Assembly (NCBI GenBank): GCA_950097015.1
Contig: CATNEN010000027.1
Location: 1 to 64,000, forward strand
Source: Macrostomum hystrix
Taxonomy: Eukaryota > Animalia > Platyhelminthes
Length of the DNA: 64,000 nt
Direction: 5' to 3'
Each line of letters begins with the position of its first letter. Position 1 is the first letter of the stretch. Shown one piece after another: positions 33,945 to 46,108 of the stretch. The notes below the pieces were generated by a model, which saw only the letters and a program-made list of their open reading frames with translations, was not told the DNA's origin and did no database searches. Made by a program: the position numbers and the translations under genes.

Positions 33945-34800
33945 GGTAGGAGAGTTGGTACATTGGTAGGAGAGTTGGTACATTGGTAGGAGGGTTGGTA
34001 CATTGGTAGGAGGGTTGGTACATTGGTAGGAGGGTAGGTACATTGGTAGGAGGGTAGGTACATTGGTAGGAGGGTTGGTACATTGGTAGGAGGGTAGGTA
34101 CATTGGTAGGAGGGTTGGTACATTGGTCGGAGGGTAGGTACATTGGTAGGAGGGTAGGTACATTGGTAGGAGGGTAGGTACATTGGTAGGAGGGTTGGTA
34201 CATTGGTAGGAGGGTTGGTACATTGGTCGGAGGGTAGGTACATTGGTAGGAGGGTAGGTACATTGGTAGGAGGGTAGGTACATTGGTAGGAGGGTTGGTA
34301 CATTGGTAGGAGGGTTGGTACATTGGTAGGAGGGTTGGTACATTGGTAGGAGGGTTGGTACATTGGTAGGAGGGTTGGTACATTGGTAGGAGGGTTGGTA
34401 CATTGGTAGGAGGGTAGGTACATTGGTAGGAGGGTAGGTACATTGGTAGGAGGGTTGGTACATTGGTAGGAGGGTAGGTACATTGGTAGGAGGGTTGGTA
34501 CATTGGTAGGAGGGTTGGTACATTGGTAGGAGGGTAGGTACATTGGTAGGAGGGTTGGTACATTGGTAGGAGGGTTGGTACATTGGTAGGAGGGTAGGTA
34601 CATTGGTAGGAGGGTAGGTACATTGGTAGGAGGGTAGGTACATTGGTAGGAGGGTTGGTACCTTGGTAGGAGGGTTGGTACATTGGTAGGAGGGTTGGTA
34701 CATTGGTAGGAGGGTAGGTACATTGGTAGGAGGGTAGGTACATTGGTAGGAGGGTTGGTACATTGGTAGGAGGGTAGGTACATTGGTAGGGGGTAGGTAC
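33945..34800. repeat. 20-bp minisatellite (CATTGGTAGGAGGGT(T/A)GGTA), ~43 homogeneous units
   Basis: Directly visible tandem array with two alternating variants. Confidence 0.97.
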
Positions 34801-35481
34801 AAAATAACACAACAATCATAGTCCGTTGGTTCATAAAACTTTAATTTAAACTGTATTACGAAAAGTTCTGTGTCGTATAAAATTCTACAGAGTTAGCTGC
34901 AGATGGGCTATGAGAGAAAAACTGCCAGACCTTTTCGTAGGCATAGTGAATGGTAGAAAATATGAATAATAACTGCAGAATATTAAAAGAGAAAATTGAA
35001 CCCAGACTGCAGCGAGAGAGGCAGACTATTTGAACTAGGCCATGTTTGCCAGCGAGATGAAAATTTTATAGAAAAAAACTTAATCATGGGGAGTGAGTGA
35101 GGGCTGGCTGGGCTGGGGGAGGGTGAGGAAGCACGGACCAGCTGGCAAGGCAATGAGGGCCGTGTGCTCACGGTAACTGGGCAGGTGAAGGAGCAGATTC
35201 TGACTGGGTGGCTGATTCAGGCCAGCTCCACCCCAGTACCTGCATTCAATTCTCCTTCTTCTGTTCACCAGCCTGTGCTCTCTTCCCTCACCGCCCTCCC
35301 CTAGCAGCCCACGGTAACCAATGGCAACTGTTTGAGTCGCATATTAGAACCGGCAGTGCTTTCTGTGTCGCCCCGTATAGCCACCTGCAGGTTCAGAGTC
35401 AGCTCTTAGCTCAGTGACGCAAAGGACAAAAGGCGGAAGCAACTGTGCAGACTATATTGTGACTACAGGCTGAGTTTTGCA

Positions 35482-36332
35482 ATGTCCGACTTCTCAAAAG
35501 ACAAGTCGTTCGGCGTTGTAGATCCTCACAATGTCCAGGAGCTGACCAACCATGTAAGTTGAGTATTGGTCGTACTGTTAAAAAGTTATTCGGAACACGA
35601 AAACAGTTCCTTTTTTGTGGCAGAAAAAATCAATGACGACTATAACCTTGTTAAATGAATTTATGAATTTATGTGAACGATAATGGCATTAATTCGATCG
35701 AAAATGGATTCCCCTAGATCGATAAGGTATTCTCCTAGATCGATAAGGGATTCCCCTAGATCGATAAGGTATTCTCCTAGATCGATAAGGGATTCCCCTA
35801 GATCGATAAGGGATTTCCCTAGATCGATAAGGGATTCTCCTAGATCGAAAAGGTATTCTCCTAAATCGATAAGGTATTCTCCTAGATCGATAAGAGATTC
35901 CCCTATATCGATAAGGGATTCCCCTAAATCGATAAGGGATTCTCCTAGATCGATAAGGGACTGCCTCAATCGCTATAGAATTCCACCGATTGATAGAAAA
36001 ATTTCGGAATTATCTCGATCGTTATGGGAATTCTCTTACTCAAAGTGGGAATTCAAAGAAGGGATCCTATAAATATGCCCAGCAGTCAACGATGCGAAAT
36101 CTGCATTCCTAGTAGCTCGCTAAAGCCTGATAAGGAATACGCATAAAAATTTTAATTGCAATCAACGTTCCCGCAGCTGCAGTCGATGCTGCAGGGCATG
36201 TCGGACAGTTTCGGTCACACCAGCGATCGCATCACCGGCCGAATCGACGAGATGGGCCGGCGCATCGACGAGCTGGAGCGCAGCGTCGCCGACCTCATGA
36301 CCCAGGCCGGAGTCGAGGACTTCCGCGCCTAG
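35482..36332 (+). CDS. HSBP1: Heat shock factor-binding protein 1 (75 aa, exons 35482-35553 and 36177-36332)
   Basis: MSDFSKDKSFGVVDPHNVQELTNH|LQSMLQGMSDSFGHTSDRITGRIDEMGRRIDELERSVADLMTQAGVE matches the HSBP1 signature (DP..VQ.LT...RID.M..RID.LE...ADLMTQAGVE). Phase-0 GT-AG intron. Confidence 0.92.
35700..35960. repeat. 21-bp minisatellite (TCCCCTAGATCGATAAGGGAT) in the HSBP1 intron
   Basis: About 12 units, each quasi-palindromic around ATCGAT. Confidence 0.9.
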
Positions 36333-39300
36333 ACTGTCAATGAGGCGTAGACAGGCTGATCTGTGATTGTTTATAATGAGATTGACTTTGTGTGTTTCTA
36401 CTGACCATTTAATCCCACGTGTTCTATTCTTTTAGGGTATTTAGAATCGTATCTCCTTCATAAATAGAAAATTTCTGCTTCGCATTGCAAAGTTCAGCGA
36501 AAATCAATGTGGCTTTTGCATCAGATTCAGTAACCAGTTAAAATTGATTTTTTATAACGAATCTTCCTAAACTGCAGCATTCCATGAAAAAGCCATTGTA
36601 GAGTTTCTTCTTACGGGATGCACTTTAAAATTCTCTCGATTTGGGAATCCCTCAGTTGATGGGGTATCTCCTCCATGGAGTATTGCTCTAATCTATGGCA
36701 AATTCCCTCCATGGCAATTCCCTGGATTGGGATTACCTCCTTGGGGATTCCCTCGATGGGGATTCCCAGCATTAGGATTCTCTCAAGGGGGATTCTCTAC
36801 TAGATTTTGATTCCCCGTCAGATTTCTTCAATGGCTGATTGCCTGGAATAGTTGCTCGAGTAAAATTAAGTTGCTCGAGGGGACAATATCATTCGCGATT
36901 TATCAACTTTAAATGAATCAGTCGCAGATTTTTTCCAGTTATAAGAGGATCTGAACCATTTTCAACCTCAAAAATTAGTATTCCCAAAAAAACTTCTGAA
37001 GTTGGATTGAAAAAAACTGCTTTAGCGTTTCCTCATTTCTATAATCACAAGCACGCAATATTTTCTAAGGCTGGCATCCTTCACAACTCAAACAAACATT
37101 TCTTTTCGCAAATCTTTCTATGTTCTATAATCTAGCACAATCCGTTAAGTTTTAAGTCCATAAATAAGGGACTCTGTTTCTAGGTAGTTAGTTAAATTGA
37201 CTATGTAGATTTTGTAACTTAAAGTGCATTCATTCAAAAAAGTATAAATTTGTTAAATCAAAGTGACGACTGTATTTTAATCCGTGCACTTCGAAATATA
37301 ATTATTTTGTTTTTCCATCGTCATCGATCATAAATTTGCTGTCCGAAAAATAATATTCAATAACTCATTCTTTATGAATTAACGACAAGAGTTAACGTTT
37401 CTATGCTTATGTTTACCTGCTATAAAAATGATTGTTGATGCAGACTGCTGCAAATTCAGCTAGCAGTCTGCAGCGTCAACAAAAGATTGAAAGCTGAAAG
37501 CAAATAATTGCGAACATACGGTTTCATAATAATATGGACATAACTCGTATGTGTGAACTGTGCTTTCGGCTGCATGGAAACTGGGGTGCTCTATGCAAGC
37601 TTTGGTGACCCAAAACCACGTTTTAGATGCACACAAATATTAAATTACATCAGGCGTCTTCTGTGCTGACGTGTAAACCATAAATGCACATTTCATTAAT
37701 TGGCTATCTAAAGAAGCATTGCTTTTTTGACATCGCTGAGTTTTATTGATTATGAAACTGTATTGTCAAAAGTCTAAACTCTAGCACTGAGAATCTTCTG
37801 TGTCACGAAAAAAATTAGGCCTTCAAGCATGGTAATTTGAATCCAGTAGCAAAAAATACATTTCTTTTTAGATTAGCGCTATCGCCAGCGGCCGCGTAAG
37901 CCTTGAGCTTTGGATTTCAAGATTTATATTTTTGGATCTTGTATATAATTTACTGCTTAATTGAACGCAACGAAACGGTTGATTAAAACAAAAAAGCAAC
38001 AGCAAATGCATTAAACATAAACTAAATTTTACAAAAAGGTTTCATCTGTTTAGTTTTTCACAAAAAATTAATATAGAGCAGAGTCATTTTACCTTCTGAC
38101 TAGTAAGTAGCCACTCAACTGTTGATTTGATTTTACTACGGCAAACCTTTTTGGTAAAATTATTATTCATTAAAATGGTGAATGGCAATTTATACATCTG
38201 TGTTACCCAGTGACTGATATGCATATTAGTTTTACTAGATAGCATTGGCATACCATAAATTATACACACATTTGATTATTTTTCAGGTTACATAATTCTT
38301 GTTTGTCATTGACTCCGTTGAGCTAATTGAACATTGTTAACTTGCATAAATTGTTTTAGTCCATTCATTCGGTATTCACTAGTCTGATTGGAATGATAAC
38401 CAAACACACACGTAAATGTCTATTATGTTAATATCCAAGAACTGTTTTAAGACATATACAGTTTTAATCAATTGATTTATACTTCCTTTTGTTTATTTTG
38501 GTGTTAATTTTTCTGTTTTGCATGCCATTTAATTATCACTAATCCATATATCATGTCTGTAAAAAGTTTAGCTAAGCTTATCTAGTTAAAAGTTTAGCTA
38601 GTTAAGCTAAAGTTTAACATTTATACATTTAGCTAAGCTCAAAAAGTGTTTAAATTATGTCTTTTATAAGGCACCCTGTTTGGACTAATTAATAACTTTC
38701 AAGTAGTTAAATATGAACATATTGATAAATATGTGTATCACATTTTTATGTAGGCCTACTCCAGATATTTTCACATTGTCTCACTTAGCTTTCACTCGAC
38801 CTGGGTTGTTGATACCAATGATGCAACCAGGAACAATTGGAAAATGAAGTTCATAAAAACTCATAATAATTTGTGTTCATTTGCTTTTTCAACTGTTAAA
38901 TGAAAACAATGTTCTATCTTTATGGCACAAGTTAAAAAGAAAACATTTATAAAATTTTATGCCTAGGGCCTATGTTTAATATTAAGTTCTGTTTTAAATC
39001 ATTTAATATATATTATTTGGAAGACTTAAGGTAAAATTGGTCTACTGCTAGCTAGACTTTACTGTTTAGCATATTTTTTCTTTTTAACTAACTGAATATG
39101 CTTCTCCATATTGCACTGTAGAAATATTCGAAATGAAAAAAGCTGACTTTTATGTTTAATTTGAGCTATTAATGTACGAGAAATATAATTTAACAGTTCT
39201 CTCTACTAATGCCTTAATGAAAACTCCCGTTCATCTCATTTAAATAATATGTTCAAAATTACCTATTGAGCTACTGCTAGTAGCATAGTGTAAATGTAAG

Positions 39301-39614
39301 AAATTATAAGAATTATTAAACAATTTGTCAGATGTTTCATTATTTTCGATTGCGTATGTTTTGTGAGAGGAATTTATATTTGATCAGGTGCTAAGAAAGT
39401 TATATATTTAGTTTTTGCACGTTTCTTTTATAAATTTAGATGAAATTTAGGCTTTAGTTTAAACTAGAACTATAATAACTCACTATTTTCTTGGCTACGC
39501 TTTTTATTTTTCAAAATTAAAGTTCTTATGCAGTATAAATTGACGTCTTCATTCCCCGAATCCCAGACCCTCAGGTTAACTATCTGAATAATAGTCATAA
39601 TTGCAGGAGGGCTC

Positions 39615-39935
39615 TGGGCAGTGGCACATCATTTGGTGACACTAGACCCACAGCCAGCTAAGGAGGCAATTCCGCCCATTTCGCTGACTCCTGAGCACAC
39701 ACGCACGCAGATACCTTACTCAGGTATACGCTCACACAGGGTGTGTACATCTGCCCTGACTGTCTCATCGTCAGGCAGTTCAGGCAGTGTACACTTTCAC
39801 TGTGCCTTGGAGGTTGGCCCTCAGGGGCGTAAATTGCACGAAAAGCCTCCAAACCTTCTCGCCTCGGAATCGAGCTCAGATTGGAACGAGAGGCAAACGC
39901 GTCAACCGCTCTGCCACTTACCCCCCCCCAATAGA
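39615..39935 (-). mobile_element. SINE family 2 copy
   Basis: Shares GTGACACTAGACC, GTGTGTACATCTGCCCTGAC and GGAGGTTGGCCCTCAGGGGCGTAAATTGCACGA with the other two copies. Confidence 0.75.
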
Positions 39936-40034
39936 TTAGCTGACTTCTTCACTCCCCGAATCCTAGATCCTCAGATGGATTAACTTGATCCGTATTCCCT
40001 TGAAAAAAAAACTGTTTTTATCGCTAAATTTCAG

Positions 40035-43000
40035 AGGCAGCAACAGCAGCAGCGGCCAGAGTCAGGTAGGCCTCTAGTTGGCGGCCAGCGCGGCAAATCC
40101 AAGGAGGCTGAGAACACGGACACCGCCGAACTCAGCTACATTGACTGCGGCGTCAGTCGCCTCCTGGATTTGCCGTTGCACCACGGTCTGACTGTGCTAA
40201 ACTGTCACTGCAACCGCATCGAGAACCTAGCCGGTCTGGAGCGGGCGCCCAACCTGCACCATCTGGACTTGTCCTCGAATCGCATCGGCCGAATCTCTGG
40301 CCTGGACTCGTTGGGGAGTTTGAGAACTCTAAACTTGGCTGGCAACCGTCTGGTTCGTGTCGAAGGCCTGGCCGGGCTGCACTCGCTGGTCCGGCTGAAC
40401 CTGTCCTACAATGCCATCCGGGATGTTGTCGGATTTAGCGATATGCGTGGCCCGGCCTACCGACTCACCTGCGTTGAGCTGCATGGCAACCAGGTGAGCT
40501 TTTCACACTGCTGTTGCTAGTAGTACCGTAAAACCATACTGGGTTTTGACTAACTTTAACACATTTTACTATTCTCTCTCCTCCCGTCTCCTCCACTCCC
40601 TTCTCCACTCTCTCCTCCACTCCCTTCTCCACTCTCTCCTCACTCTCTCCTCCCCTCTTTCCTCCACTCTCTACTTCACTCCCTCCTCCACTCTCTCCTA
40701 CCCTCTTTCCTCACCTCTTTCCTCCACTTCCTCCTCCACTCCCTTCTCCACTCTCTCCTCCACTGTCTCCTCCAATCTCTTCTCCACTCTCTCCTCACTC
40801 TCTCCTCCCCTCTTTCTTCCACTCTCTCCTTCACTCCCTCCTCCACTCTCTCCTACCCTCTTTCCTCTCCTCTTTCCTCCACTTCCTCCTCCACTCCCTT
40901 CTCCACTCTCTCCTCCACTCCCTTCTCCACTCTCTCCTCACTCTCTCCTCCCCTCTTTCCTCCACTCTCTCCTTCACTCCCTCCTCCACTCTCTCCTACC
41001 CTCTTTCCTCACCTCTTACCTCCACTTCCTCCTCCACTCCCTTCTCCACTCTCTCCTCACTCTCTCCTCCCCTCTTTCCTCCACTCTCTCCTCCACTCTC
41101 TCCTCCCCTCTTTCCTCCACTCTCTCCTTCACTCCCTCCTCCACTCCCTTCTCCACTCTCTCCTCACTCTCTCCTACCCTCTTTCCTCACCTCTTTCCTC
41201 CACTCCCTTCTCCCCTCTCTCCTCCGCTCTCTCCTCCACTCCCTCCTCCGCTCTCTCCCACCCCCTCTCTCTTTCACTCTCTCCTCCACTCTCTCCTCCC
41301 CTCTTTCCTCCACTCTCTCCTTCACTCTCTCCTCCACTCCCTCCTCCACTCTCTCCTACCCTCTTTCCTCACCTCTTTCCTCCACTCCTTTCTCCACTTC
41401 CTCCTCCACTCCCTTCTCCCCTCTCTCCTCCACTCTCTCCTCCACTCCCTCCTCCACTCTCTCCCACCCCCTCTCTCTTTCACTCTCTCTTCCGCTCTCT
41501 CCTCCGCTCTCTTCTCCACTCTCTCCTCCCCTCTCTTTTCCACTCTCTTCTCCACCCTTTCTTCTCTCCTTTTCTCCACATCAAAATTTAGTGTTTCAAA
41601 AACATTTTATCAGAACTTGTAGCTTCGCAAAGCTGACTATCTAGAATTAATAAACAATAAATTCAAATTGATTCTTACTGTCTGTCGCCGCTACGACGCA
41701 TGCCTTGATTAATTTACTGGCTAAAAATATCCAATTGACATCGATCTATCTAGACTGAGCGAAAATGCATTTTTAAGAGCTGCTTCTAGATTACCTTCGA
41801 CGCAGGTGTCTACAATTGGAGGTGTAAAAAAGACTGAATTTCCTTTTTCCTGAGTAGACTCAGTGTCTAATTGGCTCCGCGGGAGCACCTGAGCCTGTAG
41901 CTGCTAGTGGGATCAATACATTCTAAGGTTCAGCTGCATTTTTTACTTAATGATGCGTTTATTTTGGTCAAGACCTGCGTAACCGACTCTTGGGACATTT
42001 TGATGAGCGCACGCACTGGATAACCCTCCTCTCTACTCACCTTTGTCATTCTTCCCCCTCTCTCGTCTCAGCTCCTCTTTGCTCCTCCATTCTCCCCTCT
42101 TCTCTTCTTCCTACTCCCCTTTTTCCTCCTCTCCTTTGTTCTCTTTCTCCTCCTCTCCATTCTTTCCTTTCTCCTGCCCCTTCTAACCTCGCTTCTCCAC
42201 TTCTCCCCTTTTTCATTCTCTTCCTACCCTGACCATTTCTCTCCCTTTCTGTGGCACTCTTCTCTCTTCTGTCCCTTTTCCCTGTCTCTCTCTCTTCTTG
42301 TATTTAAACTTAATTATAATTTCCGGCCTTTATAAACTGAACTCAACAACCCGCAGATTCGCACCGTGTCCCAGCTGACCAAGTCTCTCCGTCAGTGCCG
42401 CAATCTGCGCCACCTGACCCTCAGCCTGGCCTCCGCCGATAATACCGCCTGTCGCCTAAGAGATTATCGACGCCAGGTGCTGACTGGCCTGCCGCAGCTG
42501 GACTCACTCGACCAGTTGGACCGGCAGGGCAATCGCGCAGCCGTTGAAGTACTCGCCGACGTGCCCGGCTTGGAAGAATTCCTAGAATTTCTCGGCTCCT
42601 CGTCGGCGGCTACCGAAAACGAAGGCGAGGCGACGGCGAGGCGAGGATTGCCGACGCCAAAAATCGATGCGGCCTATAAGCGATTTCGCGTTCGCCGTCC
42701 GGCCGATGACGACGACAACAACGAAGTTGAAGACAAGAGCGAAGACGCCGAGGTTGATGATAAAACTGAGGGCGAGGGCGAGAAAGCTTATCGGGAACGA
42801 TTGGAGCAACTGGAGAGACGACTGGATCAGCTGACGGCCGCGGCCGGACCAGCTCCCACCGACGGTATGGGGGCCGCCAATCAGTGTGGAGGCTTGGGGC
42901 CCAGGCTTGACACATAATTTCACTCCCTCTGTCACCCTATTTTCACTTCATCTGTCACCCTACTTTCACTCCATCTGTCACCCTACTTTCACCTTCGTCT

Positions 43001-46000
43001 GTCACCCTACTTTCACTCCATCTGTCACTCTACCTTCACTCCCTGTCACCATAATTTCACTCCCTCTGTCACCCTACTTTCATTCCGTCTGTCACCCTGC
43101 TTCCACTCCCTCTGGCACCCTACTTTCACCTTCGTCTGTCACCCTACTTTCATTCCGTCTGTCTCCCTACTTCCACTCCGTCTGACACCCTACTTTCACT
43201 CCCTCTATCTCCCTACTTTCACCTTCGTCTGTCACCCTGCTTTCACTCCCTCTGTCACTCTACCTTCACTCCCTGTCACCATACTTTCACTCCCTCAGTG
43301 ACCCTACCTTCACTTTATCTATCAGTTTTGATTTTCTTTAAAAACAGAATTATAGTGAAATTCCGTTAATATTATATTAAGGCATGTAGTGCAAATGATA
43401 CGATGATAGTAGTAAATAATAATTTACTTCGATACACCATGTACTTTTCTGATTCTTGGATTAGACAATTTCAAATCAAATAAGCAAATTAACCTATCCG
43501 ATTTCTGTTTTAATTTGCAGCTGAAAGCAACAACAAGCGAAAAGAGGACAGACTGGCTGCAGTCAGAGATCCTCACAATGCACTGGCGAACAATTCTGAG
43601 TGAGTGCTTGATTGATATTATTCTATTCTTATTCGTTCAGGATTATGCCTTAGAGTATTGCCTAGAAATTAGCTCAATCAAGGGGCAATGGAAATATGGC
43701 ATCTAAAAGCTATGAACTTCTTCTGTGTTTATAAAAACGTGAAATTTGTCACGAACAATCACCGGTATACGGAGACACGAAAAAATTGTTTGAACGACTT
43801 TTACTTTTATAGGCGGCAATTTTGTTGCAGAAAAATATAAACAAACAGGTGCAGGCAGTTAGATTGATACTGGTGGAGAATCTGAGTCCGCGTGTTGGTG
43901 ATCTAGAAGCCACTGCTGCTGCTGCTGCTGCTGTTGATAATTATGACAACAGCAATGTCCTCTTCCGTTCAGAATCACTGCTGGCGCTTTCAGTCTTGTT
44001 GATTCTGGGCTGTGGGTGAATCTGCGGCTGCCGTGCAGCGGGCTCGGACAGCCATTATTTGGACTGTGGCTGCCATGCAGCGGGCTCGGACAGCCATTAT
44101 TTGGACTGTGGCTGCCATGCAGCGGGCTCGGACAGCCATTATTTGGACTGTGGCTGCCGTGCATCGGGCTCGGACAGCCATTAATTGGACTGTGGCTGCC
44201 GTGCAGTGGGCTCGGACAGCCATTAATTGGACTGTGGCTGCCGTGCATCGGGCTCGGACAGCCATTAATTGGACTGTGGCTGCCGTGCAGCGGGCTCGGA
44301 CAGCCATTAATTGGACTGTGGCTGCCGAGCAATGGGCTCCGGCTTCTATCTAGATTGCACAGGGCGATATTGCTGCCTCTGGCGCCGCCAACTTCGGGCC
44401 TGCCGCCGGCGCCGCCGCCGCCGCCGCTGCGACCGCAGCACAATGTGAGACGCAATTCTCGTCTAAATCTCTGCCCAAAGAAGCAATAGAGAATAAAATT
44501 TACCGACGAATTGACCACAACCATGAATTGGGCCACAATGTAGAATGCCTGCTGCCAGTAGACCGTGGGCTTCGGCGGAGCTCCCAGCGCCACGGCTGCG
44601 ACATTGTCGATGAGCGGGAAGGTCTGACAGACAACAAACACGGCCACAACTCCAACTAGCATGCGGCTGATGCTGCGATCGCGTTCCAGTCGCTTCAGCT
44701 GCTGACTGGAGTGCCTGCAGGGTCCTCCCGGCGTCAACGGCCTTCGCTTCTGCTGCTGCTGTTGCTCCTGAGTTGCTCGACGAGTTGACCGACGGATAGT
44801 ATAGATTAGTACAATGTTAGACACGGCGATGAGGGTTAGGGGCAGGACGTACATGAACAGAGTGTACATGAGTCCGCTATAGATGCCCCGATACCAGCAG
44901 TTGTCCATGAGTGTCCAGGCCGGATAGCTCATGGAATCTGTGCCATTGCTGGCGTTATTCTGCACTTTGTCACTAATAAAAAAGTGCATTTTCTCAAAGC
45001 CGCGCGGCACATTGTAGACTAGCGAGAATAGCAGAATTGCCAGCAGTCGGCGCCAGGCACGCCTGCGATTGCCGGTGCCTGCGGCGGTTGCCGACCTCAG
45101 TGGGAACCTGGCCGATAGGCAGCGTTCCACAGTGAAACAGGCCGTCACGTACATGCCGCACATGTGAATGAACAGCGACAGCGGATACAGAATCTTAATA
45201 AGGGTGGAGTTCGGCCTAGTCAGGCTGGCGAATTTGCCGGACACCATTGGCAAACCCATGCACACGTCAAACAGCAGCAATACCACTGTATCCAGGCAGC
45301 CTTGAGCCGCCAGGTACAGAGCAGTGGATGAGTACATCCTGCGCGAGCACAGTACTCGGATGCTTAGCGCGTTGCCAGTCATGCCGAGCAGACTTAAGCC
45401 TGTTCCGACGTAGCCCCACAGGTGCAGTTGAAGGCTCACTAGCTGCTGCTGCTGCGGTTGCTGGGCAGTATTGTTCCAGTCCATGTCGAGTGATATTGCT
45501 ATAGTGATATAGTGATTCATAGTGATTTCGTTTAGCACTGCTGCTTCATATATCTATCTACTCTACAGATGTAGCCCACCCACCCCAGCCCAACCCAGCC
45601 AGCCAATGGGAGGAGAGTATTCGACTGCCACCAGGTTAGTAAGCTTGTAGGCTTATCTAGTTGGGTTGGGAGTGCGAGATTTGCCTATTGAAATTCGCCT
45701 TCCGAAAATTGTTTACCGAATTTCGCCTACCGAAAATTGTTTGCCTAAGTTTCCTTGCCGAATAATTCTGTGAAATTAATTCTCTTATAAAACGCAAAGT
45801 TTGGCAATGCTAGCTACTCGTACAAGCATCATAGACCCAAAAACAGCCTTTGAAAACTAAATTTCTACTAAAATAGCCACAGTCGCTGCAGTCCACTCAT
45901 ACTTACACAAATATCCTCTAGGTTTGTCTCACAGTCTCTCAAATTACCAATCCACGTCTTGCCCGATGTGTTCAAGTCGCGATCTAAAAATTACTAGCAT

Positions 46001-46071
46001 TAGGAAAAATCTATCTTTGAAGCCCTCTCATCTCTGTTGTCTTTGCGTTTCTGGGAAGGATTTGTGTGTGT

Positions 46072-46108
<37 letters not shown>

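Noticed and set aside
32204-34800. Possible CRISPR arrays (regular 29-bp and 20-bp repeats)
   Set aside because: The units are directly adjacent with no unique spacers, there are no cas genes, and the context is eukaryotic.
33881-34834. Three long Pro/Thr/Tyr-rich 'mucin-like' ORFs (PTNVPTLLPMY repeats)
   Set aside because: All three minus-strand frames are open because the C-rich strand of the 20-bp satellite has no stop codons. There is no signal peptide or unique coding flank.
36400-39600. Missing first coding exon of LRRCC1 in the AT-rich intergenic stretch
   Set aside because: I found no ATG-to-GT segment with coding-like composition by eye. A very short exon cannot be excluded.
40546-41622. 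358-aa Leu/Ser/Pro/His ORF and the antisense Glu/Arg ORFs
   Set aside because: Translations of a CT-rich low-complexity intronic tract.
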